Source: an uncultured Actinomycetes bacterium | GTDB taxonomy: Bacteria > Actinomycetota > Actinomycetes > Nanopelagicales > Nanopelagicaceae | Direction: 5' to 3' | DNA: 64,000 bases | NCBI GenBank assembly: GCA_903902965.1 | Contig: CAIUXE010000102.1 | Coordinates: 1,803 to 65,802 of the forward strand | Shown: positions 27,081-37,849 of the stretch, one piece after another | How positions within the stretch are numbered: position 1 is the first letter of the stretch | Layout of the letters: each line of letters starts with the position of its first letter | Made by a program: the position numbers and the translations under genes | Notes under the pieces: model-generated | Seen by the model: only the letters and a program-made list of their open reading frames with translations | What the model was told of the DNA's origin: nothing | Databases searched by the model: none

Positions 27081-28772
27081 ATGGCAACAAGCCGATCTCA
27101 AAATTTTGACGTAGTTGTTGTGGGTTCTGGTTTTGGTGGGTCAGTGGCAGCGCTAAGGCTGCGTGAAAAAGGATACTCAATCGCCGTACTGGAAGCTGGA
27201 AAACGTTTTGAAGATAAAGACTTCCCAAAAACTTCCTGGCGAATCAACAAATTTTTATTTGCTCCCAAATTGGGCCTCTTTGGAATTCAAAGGATTCACG
27301 CATTGCCTAATGTTTTGATATTAGCCGGCGCTGGAGTTGGTGGCGGGTCTCTAGTTTATGCAAATACTTTATATCAGCCAGGTGATAAGTATTTTAATGA
27401 TAAACAATGGAATGAAATTACGGATTGGAAAGCCGAATTAACTCCATGGTATGAGCAAGCAAAACTCATGTTAGGTGTGGTGCAAAATCCATATTTTTCA
27501 GCCAGCGATCAGGCGATAAAAGATGCTGCAGATGAAATGGGAGTAGGCCACACTTTTCAATTGGCACCATTGGGAGTTTATTTTGGTGAAGGGGCTGGCG
27601 TTGTCGCAAAAGATCCATTTTTTGGTGGAGTAGGACCTGATCGAACTGGGTGTTTGCAATGTGGTGCATGCATGACTGGATGCCGGAACAATGCAAAAAA
27701 TACATTGCCTAAAAATTATTTAGGATTAGCAGAAAATGCTGGGGCGCAAGTTTTCCCCATGACTACCGCGACTCAAATTGAACTTTGCGAAAATGGAGAT
27801 TGGAAGATAACAACTAAAAATACAGATGGGTTTCTAGGTGGAAAAACTAAAACGTTCTATGCAAAAGAAGTGGTAGTTGCTGCAGGAACTTTCAACACTC
27901 AAAAATTGCTCCATCGCATGAAAAGTAAGGGTTTGTTACCAAAACTATCTAGCCAATTAGGTAAGTTGTCCAGAACAAATAGTGAAGCACTTACAGGCGC
28001 GCTGATGCCTAATTCTTCGATTGATTACAGTGCTGGATGTGCAATTACCTCTTCGTTTTTCCCAGATGAAAATACACATATAGAACCAGTCCGTTACGGC
28101 AAAGGCAGCAATTTAATGGGCTTGCTTCAAACAATCATGACGGACGGCTCTTCTGCAAAAGTGCGTAGGAGACAATGGTTAAAACAATTCAGATTGAAGC
28201 CGATACTTCTTTTTAAAATTTTAAATGTTAGAAAATGGAGTGAGCGCACTGTGATTGCATTAACTATGCAAAATGTAGACTCATCTATTTCAGTCCGTGG
28301 AAAGCGAAGTATTTTTGGTTGGCATTTAACTTCGGAAAATGATTCCAGCAATCCAAATGCAACTTATATCCCCGCTGCAAATGAGGTAGTTAAACGAATA
28401 GCAAGCAAGAATCAAGGAATTACTGGTGGACACATAGGCGATTTGATCAACGCCCCGTTCACTGCACATTTTGTTGGAGGCTGCGTCATTGGACGTGATG
28501 AAAACAAAGGTGTTATCGACCCATACCATCGTGTTTGGAATTACCCCACCTTGCACGTAGTCGACGGCTCTACTATTACTGCAAACCTAGGTGTAAATCC
28601 TTCTCTAACAATTACTGCTCAGGCAGAGCGTGCATTCTCATTATGGCCAAACAAAGGTGAAGTGGATTCAAGACCCAATCAAAATCAAAAGTATCAACGT
28701 TTGTTACAAGTTGTTCCAAATAACCCTGTTGTTCCAACTAATGCCCCAGCAGCGCTCAGAATTATCTCTTAG
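27081..28772 (+). CDS. GMC-family FAD-dependent oxidoreductase (cholesterol-oxidase-like)
   Basis: 563 aa. N-terminal DVVVVGSGFGGSVAALRL and C-terminal VVDGSTITANLGVNPSLTITAQAERA. Confidence 0.85.
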   Translation: MATSRSQNFDVVVVGSGFGGSVAALRLREKGYSIAVLEAGKRFEDKDFPKTSWRINKFLFAPKLGLFGIQRIHALPNVLILAGAGVGGGSLVYANTLYQPGDKYFNDKQWNEITDWKAELTPWYEQAKLMLGVVQNPYFSASDQAIKDAADEMGVGHTFQLAPLGVYFGEGAGVVAKDPFFGGVGPDRTGCLQCGACMTGCRNNAKNTLPKNYLGLAENAGAQVFPMTTATQIELCENGDWKITTKNTDGFLGGKTKTFYAKEVVVAAGTFNTQKLLHRMKSKGLLPKLSSQLGKLSRTNSEALTGALMPNSSIDYSAGCAITSSFFPDENTHIEPVRYGKGSNLMGLLQTIMTDGSSAKVRRRQWLKQFRLKPILLFKILNVRKWSERTVIALTMQNVDSSISVRGKRSIFGWHLTSENDSSNPNATYIPAANEVVKRIASKNQGITGGHIGDLINAPFTAHFVGGCVIGRDENKGVIDPYHRVWNYPTLHVVDGSTITANLGVNPSLTITAQAERAFSLWPNKGEVDSRPNQNQKYQRLLQVVPNNPVVPTNAPAALRIIS

Positions 28773-28781
28773 GATTAAATC

Positions 28782-29564
28782 ATGTGGGCATTGGTAACTG
28801 GAGCTACGTCAGGCATCGGGGCAGAATTTACAAAGCTTTTAGCTCGAGCGCATTACGACATCATTCTGGTTGCCCGCGATGAGATTCGATTGAAAAAATC
28901 TGCAGAGGAATTAGAAAAAGAATTTGGAGTTACGACTGAAGTAATTGTGGCCGACCTCTCGGTTGAAAATGAAATCGTTAAAGTTGAAAAACGCTTGCTC
29001 ACTACAGATCCAACTCTTGCTGTAGGTGTGCTGATTAACAGTGCTGGATACGGCTTAAAAGGAAGATTTGTTGACGTCACATCTGCAGCAGAAGTTGATT
29101 TACTCAATGTATTAGTAACTGCGATATTACGTCTCACGCATGCAGCACTTCCAAACATGCGAAACGTAAAAAGTGGTTACATCATTAATGTCGGCAGTGT
29201 TGCTGGATGGTTGACAGGTAGTACTTATAGTGCGGCAAAAGCTTGGGTAAATGTCTTTTCTGAGTATCTAAATGTCGATTTGGCTAAAGATGGAGTGACA
29301 GTTACTTCATTAGCGCCGGGATTTACCCACACGGAATTCCACCAACGTGGTGGAATGAAGATGGGCGCATTGCCAGAATTTTTCTGGGAAAAAGCACCAG
29401 AGGTAGTTAAAGCCGGCTGGGAGGGAGCCCTACGTGGTGAGGCAATAGTGATTTCCGGAAAACAGTATCGAGCTATAGTTTTTCTGGCCCGACACTTGCC
29501 CCGCAAGTTAGTGCGCAGGTTTGGGTTATCAATTAGATCAAAGCAGCGAGTGAGTAAGAAATAA
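28782..29564 (+). CDS. short-chain dehydrogenase/reductase (SDR)
   Basis: 260 aa with TGATSGIG, NSAG and YSAAK motifs. Confidence 0.9.
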   Translation: MWALVTGATSGIGAEFTKLLARAHYDIILVARDEIRLKKSAEELEKEFGVTTEVIVADLSVENEIVKVEKRLLTTDPTLAVGVLINSAGYGLKGRFVDVTSAAEVDLLNVLVTAILRLTHAALPNMRNVKSGYIINVGSVAGWLTGSTYSAAKAWVNVFSEYLNVDLAKDGVTVTSLAPGFTHTEFHQRGGMKMGALPEFFWEKAPEVVKAGWEGALRGEAIVISGKQYRAIVFLARHLPRKLVRRFGLSIRSKQRVSKK

Positions 29565-29641
29565 GTAACTCAAATACAGACTCACAGAGAGTTCACTCGA
29601 AAATCCGGCGATTTCACGGTTTCTCAAGTTAAGGTTGGCCC

Positions 29642-30091
29642 ATGATCAGACGTAACGGCTTAGCAATCGCAGTTTCAGTTCTTCTAATTGGCGCGGTTGT
29701 TTCCCCCGCTCAAGCTGCTAATAAATCTGGCGCCGCATGCAAAACTGCTAACGCAAAGGCGACAATCGGAGGCAAGCAATATGTCTGCTCAAAAAATCCG
29801 ATTGTTGTAAATGCCAAAAACACTTGGGTGGTTGTAGATTGCTTAAACTCAAATGTGGCTTACAAAAAAGGCACTACCCAATTGTCTGAGGAGAAAATCA
29901 AGAGAGGCGTATTTTTGGCTCAAACAGCTGCAACCGAAGCTGACCAAACTCTTAGTGCCGCCGATCGTGAAATGTTAGCTCAGGCGAAAAAAGATGGATT
30001 GAACCTCTATGACACAATTATTAATACCTATAACACTTTAAGTAAAATGAACAAGCAGGTTCGCGATTTAGCTTGCACTCCTGGTTTATAA
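29642..30091 (+). CDS. secreted hypothetical protein (4 Cys)
   Basis: 149 aa. Signal peptide MIRRNGLAIAVSVLLIGAVVSPAQA/ANK. No recognisable catalytic motif. Confidence 0.6.
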   Translation: MIRRNGLAIAVSVLLIGAVVSPAQAANKSGAACKTANAKATIGGKQYVCSKNPIVVNAKNTWVVVDCLNSNVAYKKGTTQLSEEKIKRGVFLAQTAATEADQTLSAADREMLAQAKKDGLNLYDTIINTYNTLSKMNKQVRDLACTPGL

Positions 30092-30511
30092 CTAACCAAG
30101 AATTACAGTTTTGCCTGCAACTTCCGTATTAATTTTATTTAATCCAACTTGTGCTGGTCCAATTTTCACTGCCCCTGTTTTTGTAAATTCTGATCCATGG
30201 GCTGGGCATTTAAAACTTCCTGAGATCAATTTTGAGGTAACTCCTTGATGGGTGCAACGCAGATCTAATCCTTGATACGAATTTTTTCCGGTTCGTACTA
30301 GAGCTGTAGGAATATTATTTACATTCCCGACTAAAAGTGCGCCACCAATCTTTGCGAGAGCTTTAAATTTTGAAATCTCAACTTCTACGCGTCCATCTCG
30401 CAAAATAATTATGCCACCGGCAGCTTCGGCAGGCGGGGCTGAAATTGCCACTCCAGCAGCAGTTGCCAATCCGGCACAGATAAATCCTCTACGGCTGATC
30501 TGATTGTCCAT
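30092..30511 (-). CDS. Tat-exported Rieske (2Fe-2S) domain protein
   Basis: 139 aa with twin-arginine signal ISRRGFICAGLATAAG and Rieske ligand boxes CTHQG and CPAHGS. Confidence 0.85.
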   Translation of the reverse strand: MDNQISRRGFICAGLATAAGVAISAPPAEAAGGIIILRDGRVEVEISKFKALAKIGGALLVGNVNNIPTALVRTGKNSYQGLDLRCTHQGVTSKLISGSFKCPAHGSEFTKTGAVKIGPAQVGLNKINTEVAGKTVILG

Positions 30512-30588
30512 GCCGTAATTATCCCCAAAAACGCTGATCTGTCTATTCAGCCCTTCTCAATCTCCTGAATTGGATTTACCTTTAACGT

Positions 30589-31911
30589 ATGTGGTTATCT
30601 GTTCGAGCTGCTTGCATCGGAGTTCTATCTGCCCATGCCATCGAAAGAGTGATCACTCCTGAACCTTCCTTTTTATGGGATCTAGTAATTTACAACTTAA
30701 TTGTTTTCGCTTTGGCCGTAGCTTTGCTCATGGAATCTGAAGTACTCCTCGGTGTTGGTTTTGTTTGCTGGGGATTGAGCTCCACCGCTTCCAGTTGGTT
30801 TGCACTGAACAACTTTTCCAATTCCCCCATCATCCTTGACCTTGGCTACGTTCTCTTCTTCCCGTTTCTAATATTGCATTTTTTGAAATTCTTTGACAGC
30901 GATCCAAAATCAAAAATTCAGTTTTTGGATGCGGCAATTATTGCTCTTGGAGTCTCATCTTTTTTGACAGCTTTTGCGCTAGAACCGATTCAAGGTCTTG
31001 GAGGAACAGAATACCTCCGTAATGTTTTAAATAATTTTTACCCAATCTCTGATGTAATTTTATGCGCCCTTGTAATTACTATTTTTTCTAAGCACAAAAT
31101 TTCATTAATAAACCTTTTACAAGGGTTTGGATTTCTTGCTTTCACTCTTACAGATATAAAATTCTTTTGGATATCTGCTAATGAGAATTACTCACTAGGC
31201 TCCTGGATAGAAAGTGGTTGGATAGTTGCTTTAATACTTATATCCTTACATGACAATAATATTTCTAAAAAAGAAAATGAAAACCAAATCTTCAATCAAA
31301 AAATGATATTTCTTTCAATCTTACTGAGTTTCTTAACCCTTGTTTCTTTAACTATTTGGCCAGATTCTCTTTCCAGAATTGCCGCCATACCGGCAGCACT
31401 TGCGCTGATAATTGCTTTCTTTCGTATGTCAATTGCATTAAAACATTCACAAAATCTTGATGTCGAGCATAAGCTGGCACGTACAGATGAGCTGACTGGC
31501 ATCGCAAACAGAAGATCATTACTAGCTAAATTGGTTGAAGTAGAAAATGATGATACCTATTGCATGTTGCTATTGGATTTAGATTTATTTAAAGAAATTA
31601 ATGATCTCTTCGGACATGATGCAGGCGATACGGTACTTATAGAGGTCGCTCGCCGTTTTCAACAAGTGCTTCCAGCCAATTCTCTTCTAGCAAGACTAGG
31701 TGGTGATGAATTTGGGGTTTTGGTCAAAACAGATTTTGAACAAGCTTTACAGATATCAAAACGTTTAGAACTTTCACTTGCCTCTCCTATTTATGTCAAT
31801 CAACTTCCCAGGTATTTAACTGTAAGTATTGGAGTTGTAGCGAATGAGAGCGGAATTGATTTAATTCGAGCCGCAGATGAGGCGATGTATCTTGTTAAAG
31901 GTGCGCGCTAA
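30589..31911 (+). CDS. membrane-bound diguanylate cyclase (GGDEF domain)
   Basis: 440 aa. An N-terminal polytopic domain of about 280 aa, then DELTGIANRR...GGDEFGVL. Confidence 0.85.
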   Translation: MWLSVRAACIGVLSAHAIERVITPEPSFLWDLVIYNLIVFALAVALLMESEVLLGVGFVCWGLSSTASSWFALNNFSNSPIILDLGYVLFFPFLILHFLKFFDSDPKSKIQFLDAAIIALGVSSFLTAFALEPIQGLGGTEYLRNVLNNFYPISDVILCALVITIFSKHKISLINLLQGFGFLAFTLTDIKFFWISANENYSLGSWIESGWIVALILISLHDNNISKKENENQIFNQKMIFLSILLSFLTLVSLTIWPDSLSRIAAIPAALALIIAFFRMSIALKHSQNLDVEHKLARTDELTGIANRRSLLAKLVEVENDDTYCMLLLDLDLFKEINDLFGHDAGDTVLIEVARRFQQVLPANSLLARLGGDEFGVLVKTDFEQALQISKRLELSLASPIYVNQLPRYLTVSIGVVANESGIDLIRAADEAMYLVKGAR

Positions 31912-33244
31912 CCTTAATTTCTTCTAGTCGAGCAAGAGACTCAACTCGTTCAGTCGCATGATCCACGATTCGCTCAACATACCCACCTGAATATCCATCA
32001 AGATATAGCCAAGGTTCATGGATATCGGCACCAGTTAAGTGAGCAAGTTCGGGTACATATTTTCTAATGTAATCCCCTTCCGGATCGAATCTTTTACCCT
32101 GTTCTATCGGGTTGAAAATTCGGTAGTAAGGAGAGGCGTCAGTTCCACAACCTGCAGTCCATTGCCATCCGTGTGAATTTGAAGCTACATCATTATCAAT
32201 TAAATATCGCATAAAGAAATTTGCTCCGTGTTGCCATTCGATGTGCAAATCCTTAGCTAAAAACGATGCAACAACCATTCGAACCCGATTATGCATCCAA
32301 CCTGTTTGTATCAGTTGTCTCATTCCTGCATCTACAAACGGAAATCCGGTTTTACCTTCGCACCAAGCTTCAAATTTTTTGCCGGGCTTTTCATAACGCA
32401 TTTTAGTAAATTGTGGATTTAAATATTCACGAGATGTATGTGGATTGTGGTGTAGAACATCGGCATAAAATTCCCGCCAGGCAATCTCTTTGCGATACAC
32501 CTCTTGGTCCGCAGAATTATTCAAATTCGCCAACAAAGTTCTTGGGTGAACCTCACCCCAACGTAAATGTGGACTCATTCCACTTGTTCCGCCGATTCCA
32601 GGAAAATTTCGATTATGGTTGTAAGAATTTATTGGTCCTTTAAAAAATTGATTCCATTTTTCTAGTGCGATATCTGTGCCAACTTCAAAAGTTTTTATGT
32701 TTTTTGCTCTATCCCAATCTGGAAAATATCGTTTTGCATCTTTTGCGGTTACCCAATTAGGAGATTTAGGGGAATTGTATGGTCGCTCCCAACCGATGAC
32801 ACTCCATGCCTTAAAAAATGGGGTGTAAACCTTGTAAGGAGTACCGTCAGGTTTACGAACTTTTCCGGGATCAACTGCATAATCAGAACCAGTAAAAGTT
32901 AAATCAATTTCGCTTTGGGCAATTCTTTTCTCTAATGCAACCCCATAAGGTGCGTACTGTTTTGCACAATGAATTGAAGTTGCGTTGTATTTCTTTGTAA
33001 GGTTTTGCAAAATTTCGACAGCATCGCCTTCAAAAACTTGTAAATTTCCATCGAGGGTTTTATCCAAATGCTTCAAAGCACTTGCTAAATAGGAGCGCCT
33101 AAATTCACCTGCACGATCTGAAATTGCTTGATCCACAATAAAAATCGGCAAGACTTCATCGCCTTCAGCTAATGCTGCCAATAAAGCCGGGTTATCGGAG
33201 ATCCGTAAATCGCGTCGAAACCAAAGGATTGAAGTTTGTGGCAT
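31895..33244 (-). CDS. phr: deoxyribodipyrimidine photolyase / cryptochrome family
   Basis: 449 aa with ILWFRRDLRISDNPAL, WREFY and TGFPFVDAGMRQL motifs. Confidence 0.9.
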   Translation of the reverse strand: MPQTSILWFRRDLRISDNPALLAALAEGDEVLPIFIVDQAISDRAGEFRRSYLASALKHLDKTLDGNLQVFEGDAVEILQNLTKKYNATSIHCAKQYAPYGVALEKRIAQSEIDLTFTGSDYAVDPGKVRKPDGTPYKVYTPFFKAWSVIGWERPYNSPKSPNWVTAKDAKRYFPDWDRAKNIKTFEVGTDIALEKWNQFFKGPINSYNHNRNFPGIGGTSGMSPHLRWGEVHPRTLLANLNNSADQEVYRKEIAWREFYADVLHHNPHTSREYLNPQFTKMRYEKPGKKFEAWCEGKTGFPFVDAGMRQLIQTGWMHNRVRMVVASFLAKDLHIEWQHGANFFMRYLIDNDVASNSHGWQWTAGCGTDASPYYRIFNPIEQGKRFDPEGDYIRKYVPELAHLTGADIHEPWLYLDGYSGGYVERIVDHATERVESLARLEEIKVSAHL

Positions 33245-33259
33245 CTAGCTGTAGCTCCC

Positions 33260-34372
33260 TCAGGTGTGCAGAGAAACTACGCTGTCATCCCAGCCTTTTA
33301 CATCTTCTGGCTTGCGAGGACCTTTGCCAATGTAGGTAGCAGACGGACGTACTAAACGACCAGTTCGCTTCTGTTCAAGGATGTGCGCACTCCAACCAGC
33401 GGTACGTGCAGCAGTGAACATTGAAGTAAAGAGCGGTCCTGGAACTTCTGCGAAATCAAGAACGATTGCAGCCCAAAACTCAACGTTAGTTGCAAGGACG
33501 CGATCTGGATGACGCTCTTTAAGTTCGGCGAGCGCTGCTTCTTCAAGTGCGAGAGCTACTTGGTAGCGAGGTGCACCTAATTCTTCAGCGGTGCGGCGCA
33601 AAGTACGTGCACGTGGATCTTCAGCGCGATAAACACGGTGACCAAATCCCATTAAACGTTCGCCACGATCCATTAAATCTTTTACATATTTACGCGCATC
33701 GCCAGTCTTTTCTACGCCTTCAATCATGTGCAGTACGCGTGAAGGTGCACCACCATGTAATGGGCCGGACATTGCACCAATTGCACCGGACAAAGCGGCG
33801 GCGACATCAGCACCAGTTGATGCGATAACTCGAGCTGTAAATGTAGAGGCATTCATTCCGTGTTCTGCTGCAGAAACAAAATATGCATCGATTGCTCTTA
33901 CATGTTTTGGATCTGGCTCTCCGCGCCAACGAATCATCATGCGCTCAACAACAGTGTGCGCTTTATCAACTTCAGATTGCGGAATCATTGGTTGCCAAGT
34001 TCCACGAGCGGATTGTGCAACGTACGACAAAACCATTACAGATGCGCGAGCAAGGTTGCTACGAGCTTCTTCATCAGTAATATCTAAAAGTGGTTTGAAT
34101 CCCCAGGCTGGTGCCAACATTGCAATCGCTGATTGCACATCCACGCGCACGTCACCGGAGTGCACTGGCAATGGAAATGGTTCAGCTGGTGGAAGACCTG
34201 GATTAAATTCATCATCAACTAGTAAGCCCCAAGCGTTTCCAAAAGTAACGCGACCAACTAAGTCTTCAATATCAACACCGCGGTAACGCAGTGCACTTCC
34301 TTCTTTATCAGGTTCAGCAATCTCTGATTCAAATGCAATTACACCTTCAAGACCTGGTTTGAATTCGCTCAT
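33260..34372 (-). CDS. citA: citrate synthase (short CitA-type)
   Basis: 370 aa with GPLHGGA and GFGHRVYRAEDPR motifs. Confidence 0.85.
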   Translation of the reverse strand: MSEFKPGLEGVIAFESEIAEPDKEGSALRYRGVDIEDLVGRVTFGNAWGLLVDDEFNPGLPPAEPFPLPVHSGDVRVDVQSAIAMLAPAWGFKPLLDITDEEARSNLARASVMVLSYVAQSARGTWQPMIPQSEVDKAHTVVERMMIRWRGEPDPKHVRAIDAYFVSAAEHGMNASTFTARVIASTGADVAAALSGAIGAMSGPLHGGAPSRVLHMIEGVEKTGDARKYVKDLMDRGERLMGFGHRVYRAEDPRARTLRRTAEELGAPRYQVALALEEAALAELKERHPDRVLATNVEFWAAIVLDFAEVPGPLFTSMFTAARTAGWSAHILEQKRTGRLVRPSATYIGKGPRKPEDVKGWDDSVVSLHT

Positions 34373-34516
34373 GAGATTCCTTAACCCCTTAACTAAAAGT
34401 CACTGGCGATGAGCCCGTGTCCACTCGCTTATTCTGCCCCTCTTGGCCAACTATTCATAAATTCAACCGGTATTTCTCGACTCGCTATGAGGGCAGCCAC
34501 CTGCTCTAATACTCCA

Positions 34517-35167
34517 ATGGATCGGGATGAAATCAGGGCAATGCGCCGCTCGTACGGTGAATTAGGGCTAAGTGAGAGTGACGCCAACCCAAATCCAATT
34601 ACTCAATTTGAGATCTGGCTCACAACCGCCGCCGAGAACCCGTATGTGGTTGAAGCAAATGCCATGGTGCTGGGAACAATCTCTGGCGATCAACCCAAGG
34701 CGCGTTCGGTTCTGCTCAAAGAGGTCAGTGAAAATGGTTTTGTTTTTTACTCGAATTACGAATCAGACAAGGGTAAACAGATCAGCCAAAATCAAAATGT
34801 CAGCCTAACTTTCCCGTGGTTTCCAATGGAACGACAGGTAATTGTTTTGGGTACTGCAACGAAAGTTAGTAAGGCTGAATCTGCGGATTACTTCGCTACT
34901 CGCCCATGGCCTAGTCAAATTGGTGCATGGGCAAGCAATCAATCCGAAGTAATTGCTGATCGGGATAGCTTGCAAAAAAATTGGGATGAGATCGCCGCGA
35001 AATATCCAGAGGGCAGCACTGTGCCACTTCCGCCAAATTGGGGCGGTTACTGTGTTGAGCCCCACTCGATTGAATTTTGGCAGGGTCGTTACTCACGGCT
35101 CCACGATCGCCTGCGCTATGCATTAGATGCGAACAAAAAGTGGCAATTAACTCGTCTCGCCCCATAA
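34517..35167 (+). CDS. pdxH: pyridoxamine 5'-phosphate oxidase
   Basis: RSVLLKEV..GFVFYSNYES.KG and C-terminal IEFWQGRYSRLHDRLRY. I prefer the ATG at 34517 (MDRDEIRAMRRSY) over the ORF-track start at 34409. Confidence 0.85.
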   Translation: MDRDEIRAMRRSYGELGLSESDANPNPITQFEIWLTTAAENPYVVEANAMVLGTISGDQPKARSVLLKEVSENGFVFYSNYESDKGKQISQNQNVSLTFPWFPMERQVIVLGTATKVSKAESADYFATRPWPSQIGAWASNQSEVIADRDSLQKNWDEIAAKYPEGSTVPLPPNWGGYCVEPHSIEFWQGRYSRLHDRLRYALDANKKWQLTRLAP

Positions 35168-35181
35168 CAAATCATCGGTAG

Positions 35182-36309
<1,128 letters not shown>

Positions 36310-36398
36310 CAGTTGAGTCCGCGCGCTCGTCGCATAACCTCTTTGGTGATTCTTATTGCACTGCTGGGCCTAATCGCAATCGGTGGCCTTTAAGAAAA

Positions 36399-36506
36399 TT
36401 AATCCTTCTTGGATTGCTTTTCTTGCTTCTTCAAACGCTTTTCTTTTAGCGAAAGCTTTGGTTCCTTTTTCGCGTTTGCATTGCTTTTTTGTTCCTTGTT
36501 AGCCAT
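36399..36506 (-). CDS. possible small basic protein (35 aa, Lys-rich)
   Basis: Hand-translated as MANKEQKSNANAKKEPKLSLKEKRLKKQEKQSKKD. GGAG lies 8 nt upstream of the ATG. Below the ORF-track cut-off. Confidence 0.4.
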   Translation of the reverse strand: MANKEQKSNANAKKEPKLSLKEKRLKKQEKQSKKD

Positions 36507-36570
36507 TTCAACTCCAAAGTGAATTTGTTGCGGTTAGCCGATTCTATTCAATTTTAACCAGTACTAAAGG

Positions 36571-37824
36571 CTATTTACCTAGTGTGGCACTAATTGATAA
36601 ATCTTCCGGTGCTTCGAGTCGACCATGAAAGCGTAAATACACAAATGTTGACGCAATTATCGTCAAAGCTCCACTACAGGCCACAGCCTCCCGAGGACCA
36701 AAAAATTCAGTTATCCAACCAATAAGTGGGGCACCAAAAACAACTCCACCCATAGAAACTGAAATATAAATCCCCATTATTCGCCCTCTAACTGCTGAAT
36801 CAATCCCTAGCTGTGCGGTCCTGAGTGCTGAAATTCCAGTAATTAGCATGATTGCGCCATAAACGGGAAGGATTAATGCGTACAAATAATAAGTTGGGGC
36901 TAATGAAGAAATGATTATCGCCAATCCCCACCAGCAAGTTAATACGATCACACTTCTAGAAGATGGCTTCCACTCAAATTTCGTTGCAAGGATTGATCCA
37001 GACATTGAACCAACTGCAATACAACTTCCCAAAATTCCGAAATCCAGTGCATCTTTATCAAATACCTTAGTAGCCATTGTCGCGCTAAATAGTTCTGGCA
37101 ATGCAGCAAAGGTTCCAAAGAAGAGAACAATCAATAATAATGCTTTTAGGTCTGGTCTAGCCTTTATATATTCAATCGCTTCTTTTATATAGACTTTTTC
37201 TTTGAGTGGATTCACCTCAGTTATATCTTCTTTGTTCATAAATGCCAGAGCTGAAATTACAAATGCAAATGAGAGAGAATTAAATAAAAAGGAAGGTCCT
37301 GTTCCAAAAGTATTAATCATAAATCCAGAAACTGCGGGACCAAATAGCCTAGCCGTATTGAAATTTACCGATCTAAGACTTATTGAGTTGGAGATATCTT
37401 CAGGTGGAACTAATTGAGTTAAAAACGATTGGGTTATTGGTGATTCAATAGCACTAGAGATACCAAGCAATGAGGCAATTATGTAAACATGCCAAATTTG
37501 CACATTTCCAGAAATCACAAGTGTCCCCAGTATCGCTGCCCAGAGCGAGGCACTTAAATTTAAGAGAATAATCATTTTTCGCATTGAAAATCTATCTGCG
37601 AGTTTTCCACCGAAGCTTGAAAGGACTATGTATGGAAATGATTGCAATCCGGCAACAATTCCTAATTGAAATGCATCATCGGTCAATTCAAGAACTAGCC
37701 AATACTGAGCAATTCGCTGAGCCCACGTTCCCATATTTCCTAAAAAACTAGCAAAAAACCATAAGCGAAAATTTCGATGCCGGAAAGATCGAAGTGAGCC
37801 GCTGGATTTAGCTTCTTCTAGCAT
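36571..37824 (-). CDS. MFS transporter (EntS/MFS_3-like), paralog A
   Basis: 417 aa with about 12 TM segments and the FRHRNFRLWF..GTWAQRIAQYWLVLELT N-terminus typical of this MFS subgroup. Confidence 0.85.
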   Translation of the reverse strand: MLEEAKSSGSLRSFRHRNFRLWFFASFLGNMGTWAQRIAQYWLVLELTDDAFQLGIVAGLQSFPYIVLSSFGGKLADRFSMRKMIILLNLSASLWAAILGTLVISGNVQIWHVYIIASLLGISSAIESPITQSFLTQLVPPEDISNSISLRSVNFNTARLFGPAVSGFMINTFGTGPSFLFNSLSFAFVISALAFMNKEDITEVNPLKEKVYIKEAIEYIKARPDLKALLLIVLFFGTFAALPELFSATMATKVFDKDALDFGILGSCIAVGSMSGSILATKFEWKPSSRSVIVLTCWWGLAIIISSLAPTYYLYALILPVYGAIMLITGISALRTAQLGIDSAVRGRIMGIYISVSMGGVVFGAPLIGWITEFFGPREAVACSGALTIIASTFVYLRFHGRLEAPEDLSISATLGK

Positions 37825-37849
37825 CCTTCATCCCTTCACTCTCTTATAT

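Noticed and set aside
29591-29617. GTTCAC ... TTTCAC half-sites upstream of the secreted-protein gene as a PHO box.
   Set aside because: The spacing is 21 nt, not a multiple of 11, and only two loose hexamers are present. That is too weak to call.
33726-34286. 186-aa plus-strand ORF, plus the shorter ones at 33547-33828, 33860-34087 and 33883-34080.
   Set aside because: They lie antisense inside the strongly supported citrate synthase gene. The translation is low-complexity (Ala/Ser/Pro/Thr-rich) with no motif, which is a typical shadow ORF.
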